Assembly (NCBI GenBank): GCA_963932905.1
Contig: CAWVRN010000022.1
Location: 11,182 to 75,181, forward strand
Origin: an uncultured Bdellovibrio sp.
GTDB taxonomy: Bacteria; Bdellovibrionota; Bdellovibrionia; Bdellovibrionales; Bdellovibrionaceae
Direction of reading: 5' to 3'
Length of the DNA: 64,000 nt
Within the stretch, counting starts at the first letter, position 1. Each line of letters starts with the position of its first letter. Shown piece by piece: positions 38,761 to 50,273 of this stretch. Position numbers and translations under genes: made by a program. Below the pieces are notes generated by a model. That model was not told the origin of the DNA. It made no database searches and saw only the letters and a list, made by a program, of their open reading frames with translations.

Positions 38761-39114
38761 TAAACTAACGTTTATCAACCTTTAGGAAACCTCCTTTGAA
38801 AAGTTAGTGGTTGCACAGTCTCCATCTGCATTTCTTCCAACTTCCGTGCTGGATATGATCTAAGTCTAGTTTGAACTGATGAAAATATCCAGTGAAATCA
38901 ATAGTTTGTATCAAATTGATAACTTTGTTGATAGTCGTATAGTTGGTAGACAGTTTTTCGTTTCGGGTTGAAACGTTTTTGAATCAAATCGATTTATTTG
39001 CCAAACCAGACGAACAGCGACCTTCTCTATCGGCCAATATGGGGACGCCATCCGACGTTACTAAGTTAGTGCCAGTCACTGGCTGAGGAGTTAAATCATC
39101 TTGGACAGGTGGTA

Positions 39115-40020
39115 TTAGGCCGCTTGGGGCTGTTTACGTAATTTTTGTACCGTAATTACAGCTAAGAAACAGATCAAGCCAACAACGACACCGACGATAC
39201 CATCGAACAAAATACCAACGGCTGTGTTCGTAACCACTTGTTCTGATAAATGGTGAATCCACGGCAAACCATGGCTGAAGATACCGCCGCCAACAAGGAA
39301 CATCGCTGCCGTTCCGGCCACAGATAAAAACTTCATCAGGATGGGTGCAAATTTTAACATGCTGGTGCCCAAAAGTTTTTTAAATCCAGATGTGTTTGCG
39401 TTCGTCACCAAATGCAAACCAATATCATCGATTTTTACGATGAATGCGACAAGTCCATAGACTCCAAAAGTCATAGCTAGCGCAATGCCAGTCAGGACAG
39501 CGGCTTTTACACCGATTGAGGATTCTTGAACTGTTCCTAAAGTAATTGCGATAATTTCGGCAGATAAAATAAAATCAGTGCGAACAGCACCAGTGATTTT
39601 TTCTTTTTCAATTTCGATTAATTTTTCAGGAGTCAGATTCAGATGTTCTTTGTGTTGTTCTGTATGTTTCTGCTGATCTTCTTTTGAGTGAAACAACACA
39701 TGCCAGACTTTTTCAAATCCTTCGAAACATAAATACGCACCACCGATCATTAATAGTGGAGTCACTAATGATGGCATTAAAAGACTAATAGCTAGCGCGG
39801 CTGGAACTAAAATAGCTTTATTCAGTAATGAGCCTTTGCAGACCGCCCACACGATGGGTAATTCACGTTCGGCGCGAACGCCAATCACTTGCTGAGCATT
39901 TAGGGCTAAATCATCACCCAAGACTCCCGATGTTTTTTTAGCGGCTACTTTGGTCAATACAGAAACGTCATCCAGAACGGTTGCAATATCATCTAATAAC
40001 ATCAGAAAACTTGAAGCCAT
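39115..40020 (-). CDS. yedI: DUF808 / YedI family inner membrane protein
   Basis: LLDDIATVLDDV, GVLGDDLALNAQQV, RELP, RTDFILSAEI. Confidence 0.92.
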   Translation of the reverse strand: MASSFLMLLDDIATVLDDVSVLTKVAAKKTSGVLGDDLALNAQQVIGVRAERELPIVWAVCKGSLLNKAILVPAALAISLLMPSLVTPLLMIGGAYLCFEGFEKVWHVLFHSKEDQQKHTEQHKEHLNLTPEKLIEIEKEKITGAVRTDFILSAEIIAITLGTVQESSIGVKAAVLTGIALAMTFGVYGLVAFIVKIDDIGLHLVTNANTSGFKKLLGTSMLKFAPILMKFLSVAGTAAMFLVGGGIFSHGLPWIHHLSEQVVTNTAVGILFDGIVGVVVGLICFLAVITVQKLRKQPQAA

Positions 40021-40098
40021 AAACACCCTTTGTTAATACCAATCATAGTGTAGTGAATGTTGTAGCTTCAAGATAATTTCGCTGGTCGACAAGTTGCT

Positions 40099-41424
40099 TT
40101 ATGGTGCCGTTCTTGATTTAGCACGCTCTTCTTTGAAGACATTTAGTATAGTTTCAACCAAATCAAATGGTCGTTCGCTAGGCAGAAAGTGACCGGCTTC
40201 AACGCCCGTTTCTTTATCGGTTGAAAATTCGATAATGGGTCCGCCAACCTCATCGACTATAGTTTTTGATCCAGCTTTGTTAATTAGCTTATCCGAATCA
40301 CCAAAAACCATCATAGTCTTGTTTTTAACTTCGTCCGACAAATGTGAAATTTGATAACGAGCTTTAGGATTCACTAAACCAAATCCATTGTCATAGTCGC
40401 GTAACGCCATATCCCGATTGTAAAGAGAAGTGTTGTCGTACCCATGCTGGCTAGTGTCTGATCCTTTCAAACCATCCGCTATTTGTATTGTTGCTAAGGA
40501 TAAGAACATTCGGGTTACTTCTTCGGAAAGCTCAATCCCCACTTCTTGTTTTGATTTAGCGGCTTGATGGTTGGTTACGGAGTTGAGAAGAATAGGGTCT
40601 GAGATTTTATTAGTTTGTCTACGTAAAATATTACGCATTTGATTTGCAAAATATTCTGTAAATTGGCCCAAGCCAGGAATAAAAAAGAATGGATTGTAGA
40701 TTTGCTTGTCAACGATTTCATCGACTTTCCAAGTATCATAACCATTCGAAGAAATGTGTTTAATTAATTGTTTATCAAATTGTCCAGTGGCCAGTGCTAA
40801 AGACGACACCGCAAAACCTCGAGAGTGTCCCAATAAAATAAACTTTTCGCCTTTAGGTATTTCGAGTCGTAATACTTCCGCCAGCGCCAATCCGTCTTCA
40901 ACCGGGCTTGGAGCTTTTAACGCGCGACCGCGGTTCTTCAGTGTATGCATTAGAGTGTGACCGGCATTGGCGCCATCCATTGCAACCACTCGGAAACCCA
41001 TGGCTACTAGAAGACGAGTCATCGAAGCAAAGTAAATAGCAGATTCAGCAAAACCGTGTTGTAAGACGATGGTCGTTTTGTATTTTCCATTAGTAGGCTG
41101 AAGGACGTGATAGCTAGTTGTATATTTAGTTCCGTCGATTGTTTTTCGCTCGAACGTTTTTTCAGTGTATTGGTAAGGAACCGAATCGTTATTTTCAATC
41201 ATTGTTTTCCAGCGCGATGGAACTGCGATTTCACTTCTATCTGAAAAAAATTTAGGTAAGCTCCACGCATCTCTACGTAGGCGCTGAGTTTTTGTTGGTA
41301 ACACTTGCAGATACGTTTTATCGTAGAATCCCAAACAGGCGTCTGCAGGTGCGCTCATAGCTGAATAACTAATAGTCAATGCAAGAACAACAAGTAGATA
41401 TGTAGTTTTAACGTGGATTTTCAT
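40099..41424 (-). CDS. Secreted alpha/beta hydrolase
   Basis: Signal peptide; HGF, GHSRG nucleophile elbow, GDSD, AGHF. Confidence 0.8.
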   Translation of the reverse strand: MKIHVKTTYLLVVLALTISYSAMSAPADACLGFYDKTYLQVLPTKTQRLRRDAWSLPKFFSDRSEIAVPSRWKTMIENNDSVPYQYTEKTFERKTIDGTKYTTSYHVLQPTNGKYKTTIVLQHGFAESAIYFASMTRLLVAMGFRVVAMDGANAGHTLMHTLKNRGRALKAPSPVEDGLALAEVLRLEIPKGEKFILLGHSRGFAVSSLALATGQFDKQLIKHISSNGYDTWKVDEIVDKQIYNPFFFIPGLGQFTEYFANQMRNILRRQTNKISDPILLNSVTNHQAAKSKQEVGIELSEEVTRMFLSLATIQIADGLKGSDTSQHGYDNTSLYNRDMALRDYDNGFGLVNPKARYQISHLSDEVKNKTMMVFGDSDKLINKAGSKTIVDEVGGPIIEFSTDKETGVEAGHFLPSERPFDLVETILNVFKEERAKSRTAP

Positions 41425-41639
41425 AGTGATATTCTAAATTACAAGATTGGGTCCAATGCGCCACCCGCAAATCGTTGTGTAGTGTGGATAAAATAGCTAT
41501 GGAGGTACTGAAAGTATTGAAAACATTGAGTTTTTGCTACTAGATGACGAAAAAGGCCGACGCTGGGACAATCAAAGTTTTTACTCTTTTCCTTGCTGGC
41601 AGCGGATTGTAGGGATTGTGTTTGGATTCTGTTTAAGTT

Positions 41640-42488
41640 CTATTCTTGTATAGTCTTTGTAAACGAATTTAACCATGTCGACCATTGTTCCTGATTTTTC
41701 CAGTAAATATATAATGAATGTTGCCAGAAACCTTTCTTTGGGCCGGAACGTGTTACTAACCCTTGTTCCATGGGTTCATTCATATAAGAGATTGGCAGGA
41801 ATGCAATGCCATAACCATCAATAACCGAGCGAACGACCGAGGAAATAAAATCCGATTCAATGATAGGACGATAGTTATTTTTAGGTAAGCTGCTTAAGTA
41901 GTCTTCGGTTTCGTCACGGAGAATTGTTTTTTTACCGGGAAGAATGATATTGTTTTCATTTGGTTTATGCACTTGGGATTGAAACATATTTACCGCCATA
42001 CTGATTTCTTCAAACATCGACCAGTCTTGAAACTGCGGCATACGACGATCGGTGATTAGCAAATCAGCCAGCGATAAAATTTCTGATTCTTCTTCATTTA
42101 GAGAATTCACTCGAAACAGTTCTATTTTTAAGTGTGAATTTCTTTTTTTCTCTATTTGAAAAGCTGTTTCCAAAAACAACGATGGATCAACGGATGCCGC
42201 TACAGCGATTCGTAAATTTTTTGAAGTGTCTTTTTCGTTAAAGCGCGAAACGAGTTCATTCGTTCCTTGGAATAATCTGGCAGTCTGTGCGTACAGTCGT
42301 TGTCCGCGATCGGTAAGAACTACGTTGCGTCCTTTTTTTTCCAATAATTTAAATCCAAGTTGCTGCTCCAAAGTCTTGATTTGAATACTGAGCGAAGGCT
42401 GCGAGAGTCTTAAATGCTGGGCCGCTTTTGTTACACTGTTAAATCTAGCGACCTCGTAAAAGTAATATATGTGATTATAGTTAACCAT
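41640..42488 (-). CDS. LysR-family regulator (NhaR-like N-terminus)
   Basis: NYNHIYYF.EVA...SVTKAA..L.LSQPSLS.QIK.LE. Confidence 0.92.
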   Translation of the reverse strand: MVNYNHIYYFYEVARFNSVTKAAQHLRLSQPSLSIQIKTLEQQLGFKLLEKKGRNVVLTDRGQRLYAQTARLFQGTNELVSRFNEKDTSKNLRIAVAASVDPSLFLETAFQIEKKRNSHLKIELFRVNSLNEEESEILSLADLLITDRRMPQFQDWSMFEEISMAVNMFQSQVHKPNENNIILPGKKTILRDETEDYLSSLPKNNYRPIIESDFISSVVRSVIDGYGIAFLPISYMNEPMEQGLVTRSGPKKGFWQHSLYIYWKNQEQWSTWLNSFTKTIQE

Positions 42489-42612
42489 TTTGTTTTAAAC
42501 TACCCGAATGTAACATAGAAGTAAATATATTTAAAATTTAAATGATTAGTATAGAAATTATATATTTTATTTATGTATTAAAAAGGGGGATTCTAGGGTT
42601 ACAGGAGGCAAA

Positions 42613-42975
42613 ATGAAAATTCAAGTTCACTATAAAAATATAGCGATGTCCGAGTCTATAAACAATTTTATCAAAGGTGAGTTAGAATCGATGTTTGAAA
42701 AGTATCGTGCCCATAACCCATCTGTGGATGTGTATATAGAAAGCATCCGCGCGCGAATGGCTAATCGTCATCCTATTTTTTCATGTGAGTTTATATATAA
42801 AACCGGAAACGATCGATCGACTCAGAAAATTGTACGAGAAGGTCGCGACCTCTTTATGCTTATTAGCGATTCAATCTCTGTTGTTGAACAGCGAATGAGC
42901 GAACTGTCAGCACGAAAAGCCGATCACCGACGTTATCAACGTCGTGAGGCGCGAACTGCTGCTAGACTTTATTAA
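42613..42975 (+). CDS. HPF/RaiA-like ribosome-associated protein
   Basis: MKIQV.YKNI..SESI..FI and DLF..I...I...EQ.M pattern; basic tail. Confidence 0.6.
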   Translation: MKIQVHYKNIAMSESINNFIKGELESMFEKYRAHNPSVDVYIESIRARMANRHPIFSCEFIYKTGNDRSTQKIVREGRDLFMLISDSISVVEQRMSELSARKADHRRYQRREARTAARLY

Positions 42976-43009
42976 AATATCTTCACTGTAATCTGATCAA
43001 CTCTCCTTT

Positions 43010-43041
43010 AAGCCCGTTTTGAAATATAAGCGGGCTTTTTT
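43010..43041 (+). terminator. Intrinsic terminator
   Basis: AAGCCCG...CGGGCTT followed by a T run. Confidence 0.8.
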
Positions 43042-43091
43042 ATGTTGCCCGTGGAACTTGACTGTGGAAGCATTTTCACTAGGAGTTCCCA

Positions 43092-44225
43092 GTGACATCG
43101 TTACCTACCTTTCCGCCTTTGGGGCCAATCAGTAAAAAACTGAATGCCAGCCAATTAAAATGGTCTGACTTTACGAAAGCTATTCCCTTTTCTTACACGG
43201 AAATACAAGAGGTGAAAGCTTGGGCTGTCTTCATGCGCGCAATGGTTTTGTGGGGCGCTTTTGTTTGGTGTGGTTTGACACTATTTTCAGTCTCTTCGTG
43301 GACTTGGTATCATTTCCTGATCGATGCGCTGATTTGCGTCGGCATTTTTTGTTGCTATGCCAACCTTTTTGTTTTGGCACATGACTGCGGTCATTTCTGT
43401 TTTTCAAAAAGTAAACTTGCTAATAAATTCGTCGGACATTTTATTTTAAGTGTTTTTCATATTGGGTTTCATAACTGGAAAATTGGTCATAACTTTCATC
43501 ATGTCTATTCTCAAACGATCGGACGTGACACCACGTGGACTAAAGATAAAATGACCGTGGACGTGTTTAAAAACAGCGATGCCAAAACACAAAAAAGTTA
43601 TCTAATTGGATACGCTACATTGATTGGAGTTCTAGTCGGATACTATTTTTCCTGTGTTAATTATTTTTTCTTTGTGCGTTATTATAAAATCATTCCCTTG
43701 GAAAAAGAACAAAAAAGACAACTGATGTTTTCTAGCTTTTTAGTATTGGTATTTAGTTTGGGTCACCTATATTTGTTTTACCGAATAGGTGGGATTGCAT
43801 TTTATTTTAATTTTCACCTAGTTCCTTTGATGTTTGGTGCTGTTGCGGCAGTGGGTATTCCGTTGTTACAACATGCTCATAAAAACGGAGTTTATTTTGA
43901 TAAAGAAAGCTGGACTCCGATGCGTGGTCAAATTTTAGGTACTTATAATTTCCGAATGCCTTATTTCTGGGAACGAGTATTCAATGATGTAAATTTACAT
44001 GTGGGGCATCACATCAATCCCAAAGTTCCTTGGTATAACTTGCGTAAAGTTCACAATGAACTGAAAACAAAATTTCCGGATTATATTTTTGAATACGATC
44101 TGACATGGGACGCGATTAAAGGAATTTATGCGAATCCTTTGGCAGAATGGGATGCTGAGTTTAATCTATATAGATCAGTGCCTGTTCCTGAAAAAAAACT
44201 AATGATGTTTGTGATCCATTTTTGA
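43092..44225 (+). CDS. Membrane fatty acid desaturase
   Basis: Three His boxes HDCGH, HNFHH and HVGHH; PWYNL. Confidence 0.9.
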   Translation: MTSLPTFPPLGPISKKLNASQLKWSDFTKAIPFSYTEIQEVKAWAVFMRAMVLWGAFVWCGLTLFSVSSWTWYHFLIDALICVGIFCCYANLFVLAHDCGHFCFSKSKLANKFVGHFILSVFHIGFHNWKIGHNFHHVYSQTIGRDTTWTKDKMTVDVFKNSDAKTQKSYLIGYATLIGVLVGYYFSCVNYFFFVRYYKIIPLEKEQKRQLMFSSFLVLVFSLGHLYLFYRIGGIAFYFNFHLVPLMFGAVAAVGIPLLQHAHKNGVYFDKESWTPMRGQILGTYNFRMPYFWERVFNDVNLHVGHHINPKVPWYNLRKVHNELKTKFPDYIFEYDLTWDAIKGIYANPLAEWDAEFNLYRSVPVPEKKLMMFVIHF

Positions 44226-44594
44226 TTTAGGCAAAGATAGAGGCAAATCATAACTGACACTATTCCCCTTTTGTCCGAGGCGAGTCGCTTCAACTGTAAG
44301 AGAGCCTTTCTTCTTTAAATCAAATTTTTTACCTAAATCACAAATAAATACATCGCTTTCCGGATGGCATGCAATCGTGTTTACTAAGACTGCCGAGTTT
44401 TCAACAGTCGGGTTTTTCCATTCGATATCTAAAAGATAGATTTTTAATTTCGATTTTGAAATAGAAACGACTTCTGTATGAAATCCACCTGGCATTTTGA
44501 TGTATCCACCGTGTGGTCCAAGTTTATCTTCCCCATGTGAGAAAGCATTTGACGTAAAAACTATGATGGCGGCAATTAATAAGCATTTGTTCAT
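44199..44594 (-). CDS. Secreted His-motif protein, possibly metal-binding
   Basis: Signal peptide; HGEDK.GPHGG, FHTE, terminal HKHH. Confidence 0.65.
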   Translation of the reverse strand: MNKCLLIAAIIVFTSNAFSHGEDKLGPHGGYIKMPGGFHTEVVSISKSKLKIYLLDIEWKNPTVENSAVLVNTIACHPESDVFICDLGKKFDLKKKGSLTVEATRLGQKGNSVSYDLPLSLPKSKMDHKHH

Positions 44595-44766
44595 TCTGTG
44601 ATATTAGCAGAATAAAACGATCTGGCATCAAAAGATTGTTTTTTCTGGACCAAAAACGTCACCCCTTAGACTAGATAAGTGTAATAACTTCTGTCTTATT
44701 TTTTTACACATTAAAATTCGGTAAAAGTAGTTTAGTATGGCCTTCAATCAAGACAGGAGATTTAGA

Positions 44767-45381
44767 ATGAAAACACTTAACCTTACAAATTTAGCTAAAT
44801 TGGCTCTTGGCCTTTTAGTAGTTCTATCGGTGGCGTGTGATAAAAAAGGTGGAGATTCGACTCCTGTTGGTGCTACGGCAAACTACGCTTACGTGAATGG
44901 ATCATGCCACGATACTACGACCAATACAGCTGTCGCTGCCAACTTGTGTGCGAACGTGTTGATTAATGGTGCTTACAGATATGACGGTGCCACTTGTCGT
45001 GATACTGCTGGCAATGTAGTTACGACAACATTGTGCACTCAAGGTATATATACTACAGGTGTAAACAGTCAGTATCATTTGAATGGTGTTACTTGTGTTG
45101 ATATCAACAACAACCCAGTCGCTCAAACTCTGTGCACACAAATGGGTGTGAACACTCAATATCAAATCTTGGGTGGAAATTGTATTTATACGTACACTGG
45201 TCAAGCGGTGTCTTATCAGTATTGCTCGGGAGTTGCTGGTTACAATCCAAATATGTGTAATGGTATCTTCTTGAAATACTTAGGCTATGGTATGACGTCA
45301 TACTTATATTGCCAAGGTAGTAACTGTTCCGGTCAAACTCTAATCGAATACACTACTGGGATTCAAAAAGTTTGCCCGTAG
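44767..45381 (+). CDS. Cys-rich repeat lipoprotein
   Basis: AGGAG SD; lipobox SVAC; four Y.....C......V....C-type repeats. Confidence 0.75.
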   Translation: MKTLNLTNLAKLALGLLVVLSVACDKKGGDSTPVGATANYAYVNGSCHDTTTNTAVAANLCANVLINGAYRYDGATCRDTAGNVVTTTLCTQGIYTTGVNSQYHLNGVTCVDINNNPVAQTLCTQMGVNTQYQILGGNCIYTYTGQAVSYQYCSGVAGYNPNMCNGIFLKYLGYGMTSYLYCQGSNCSGQTLIEYTTGIQKVCP

Positions 45382-45405
45382 TATTTAATTAGTTTCTAAA
45401 TTTAA

Positions 45406-47496
<2,091 letters not shown>

Positions 47497-47546
47497 CCAG
47501 AGAACGGACTAGCGCATCCATCCTAGGCACGCCAGAATTTTAGAAA

Positions 47547-47936
47547 TTATTTTTGCGGAGTATGGCAGACCGCTTCGATGTTGTGACCGTCGGGATCAGT
47601 TACAAAAGCACCATAGTAGTCTTGGTGGTAGTGAGGACGAGGGCCTGGGGCGCCATTGTCGGTGCCACCGTTTGCCAACGCCGCTTTGTAGAATTCATCA
47701 ACTTGTTTGCGAGTTTCAGCGCGAATGGCAACATGGACATGTGGTTTTTGCGGTGAGCCTTCGCTAATCCAAAAATCAGGTTTGGGAGCGATTCCGTAGC
47801 CAAGGATCACTTTTCCTCCCGTGTATTCTTTGGGAACTTCCATCAGCATTTTATAGCCAAGCGGAGCCAAAGCGGCATCGTAAAATTTTCTGCTTTTAAC
47901 GGGATCGCTAATCGCAACACCAGTGTGATCGATCAT
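47547..47936 (-). CDS. VOC/glyoxalase family protein
   Basis: MIDHTG, HVAIRA, GGTDNGAPGPRPHY, YYGAFV.DPDGHNIEAVCH. Confidence 0.92.
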   Translation of the reverse strand: MIDHTGVAISDPVKSRKFYDAALAPLGYKMLMEVPKEYTGGKVILGYGIAPKPDFWISEGSPQKPHVHVAIRAETRKQVDEFYKAALANGGTDNGAPGPRPHYHQDYYGAFVTDPDGHNIEAVCHTPQK

Positions 47937-47955
47937 ATTTAATCTCCTTGTTTGT

Positions 47956-48816
47956 TTATGTGTTTGGAAGTGGGATAAATTCAGTTTCGCCCGGAACTTG
48001 TGGAAATGACCGATCGGCCCAAGCACGTTTTGCAATTTCAATTTTTTCTTTTGAACTGGAAACCAAATTCCACCACATATAACGAGGGGTAGTAAATGGT
48101 TCGCCGCCGACGACAATGAAGTGGGTGCCTTTATCGACTGTTATATAAAGTTCAGAATCTTTTTCGTAGGCGAGCATTTGAAATTTTGCAATTTCATGAG
48201 TCGGTGTATGTGCTGAACCATCAATAATGTAAATAGCTAATTCGAATCCAGGAATTTTCAAATTAAAATCAAAATTATTTTTTGCGACGACGTCAGCAAA
48301 AATGGTTGGCGAGGTCGTTTTTACGGGTGATTGTAAGCCAAATCCAGAACCGACTACCAAAGATAATTTGTAATCACTAGTTTCCAGAGTCGGTATTTGA
48401 TTTTTAGTGTAGTGCTGAAAATCAGGCTCGCAATCCTCTAAATCATCTGGAAGCGCAATCCAAAACTGCAAACCATGCAGCCGGCGTGCCTTTCCTTTTT
48501 CGCTGGCGTGTGCGCGTTCTGAATGGGAAATGCCTTTACCTGACGTCATCCAATTTACAGCGCCTGGGGTGATCTCGGCAGTGGTGCCTAAACTATCGTG
48601 ATGAACAATGCGTCCTTCATATAAATACGTTAGTGTAGATAGACCAATATGTGGATGCGGGCGCACATCAGTGTTCTGATCGGGTGCTGTTGTAAGGGGA
48701 CCCATGTGATCTAAAAAAGTAAATGGGCCAACCATGCGTTTTGTTCGATCGGGTAAAATGCGATGGATAGTAAGTCCACCACCTAGATCGTGTACTTTGC
48801 CATTTAGATGTATCAT
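47956..48816 (-). CDS. Pirin family protein
   Basis: GPF.FLDHMG, VRPHPHIGL, VNWMTSG.GISHSE, LQFW. Confidence 0.93.
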   Translation of the reverse strand: MIHLNGKVHDLGGGLTIHRILPDRTKRMVGPFTFLDHMGPLTTAPDQNTDVRPHPHIGLSTLTYLYEGRIVHHDSLGTTAEITPGAVNWMTSGKGISHSERAHASEKGKARRLHGLQFWIALPDDLEDCEPDFQHYTKNQIPTLETSDYKLSLVVGSGFGLQSPVKTTSPTIFADVVAKNNFDFNLKIPGFELAIYIIDGSAHTPTHEIAKFQMLAYEKDSELYITVDKGTHFIVVGGEPFTTPRYMWWNLVSSSKEKIEIAKRAWADRSFPQVPGETEFIPLPNT

Positions 48817-49200
48817 GCGATCAATCCTTCCCCGAATAAACTCACTGGAATTATTCTTGATTGAGGATGGAGAAAAGTAAATTAAAATTTATATCGGGCG
48901 TTTGAATCGTACTTCAAAACCGTCCGGTGTTGACACCATCGTGGTGAAGCGATTGAGAACTGGCTCCTTAGCTTGCGGCTAAGAAGCTAAATTCTATTGG
49001 AAAGACAGTTGTTTAGTTGAAATTTAAAAGCGCTGTCTTGAAACAGTTTTTCAAAAGAAAAATTATTATCCGAATTACCTCGTAATACATTCGAGTTTCG
49101 ATCCCTCAAAAAAAGCGAGCATGTTGGATCTTTCTGGATTTTAGATACCGCTTTTTAAATTCACTTGATTTGGCGATATTTTACTGGCCTTAGCCGCAGG

Positions 49201-49794
49201 CTAAGGGACCAGTTCATATTTAATAATTCTAAACGTTAAATTGATGCGGGGGTTGATGGGATAGGTTAGCTTAGGAAGGCTGTGGTACCAATGTTGTTGA
49301 GTTGATCCCCGCATTATCAAACCGCTACCGTCATTTAATGGAATCGATTTTTTTAACTTGGGTTCGGCCGCGTGGCGAAAATAAAAGGTGCGAATGGCGC
49401 CGAAACTGACGGACGCAATCACGGGATCTTTACCCAATTCTGATTCATTATCGCGATGCCAACCCATACTGTCTTTCTCATTTCTGTATTGATTTAGTAG
49501 TACGCTATTGAAAGTAATATCGGCAAATGATTCTACTCGAGTTTTAATTTCTTTCAAGGTCGAGGTCCACGGCAGAGGCTGCATTTTGATTCCTGAATAA
49601 CGAATGATTTTGCCCTCATCGCCGTACCAGGCTGTCAATCGAGGTTGCATAATTTGTTTGCCGAATAACATGATGGGTTCGTGGCGCCATTTGATTTCAT
49701 CTTGCAATAATTTAAAAAATCGCTGGCTTTCCACCGGCGAAAACAAATCAGGTTTGTAAAAAACTTCGCCATCCTTGGGCAAAATATTGATCAC
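49201..49794 (-). CDS. AlkB-family (ALKBH2/3-like) 2OG-Fe(II) dioxygenase
   Basis: QPRLTAWYG, NSVLLNQYR, GWHRD, HSLPK, RINLTFR. Confidence 0.92.
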   Translation of the reverse strand: MINILPKDGEVFYKPDLFSPVESQRFFKLLQDEIKWRHEPIMLFGKQIMQPRLTAWYGDEGKIIRYSGIKMQPLPWTSTLKEIKTRVESFADITFNSVLLNQYRNEKDSMGWHRDNESELGKDPVIASVSFGAIRTFYFRHAAEPKLKKSIPLNDGSGLIMRGSTQQHWYHSLPKLTYPINPRINLTFRIIKYELVP

Positions 49795-50273
49795 AGAGTT
49801 CCCGTTTGTTCTAGACGTAAAAGTTTTTCCTTAATAGATAAACCGCCGGCATAGCCTCCAAGAGTGCCATCAGCAGCAATGACTCGGTGACAGGGAACGA
49901 TCAAGCTCAGAGGATTGCGACCGTTAGCAGTACCTACCGCGCGTACGGCCTTGTCGTTTTTGATTTTCTTAGCGATATCGCGGTAAGAAAAAGTTGTGCC
50001 ATAAGGAATCTTACTAAGTTCAGCCCAAACCTGCTTTTGAAAATTAGTTCCTTCAACGCTCAGAGGTAGTTCAAAAGTTTTCCGTTTGCCGTCTAAATAT
50101 TGTTCCAGCTGTCGCTGCGTTTCTTCCAAAATTTCGACAGCACGTCCTTGATGTTTTGAATTTCTATATGGAAATTTTGATTCTTTCCAAAAGACACCCT
50201 GCAAGCCGTTGTCCGAGGCCACCAAATAAATAGGACCGATTTTAGAATTCATTTTAATTTGGATCGCTGACAT
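49791..50273 (-). CDS. ogt: Methylated-DNA-protein-cysteine methyltransferase
   Basis: FQKQVW..L..IPYG, RAVG.ANG.NP, VPCHRVI. Confidence 0.95.
   Translation of the reverse strand: MSAIQIKMNSKIGPIYLVASDNGLQGVFWKESKFPYRNSKHQGRAVEILEETQRQLEQYLDGKRKTFELPLSVEGTNFQKQVWAELSKIPYGTTFSYRDIAKKIKNDKAVRAVGTANGRNPLSLIVPCHRVIAADGTLGGYAGGLSIKEKLLRLEQTGTL

Noticed and set aside
39025..39060. Sigma28-like GCCGATAG upstream of the riboswitch RNA
   Set aside because: The -10 matches but there is no TAAA-like -35 at the expected spacing.
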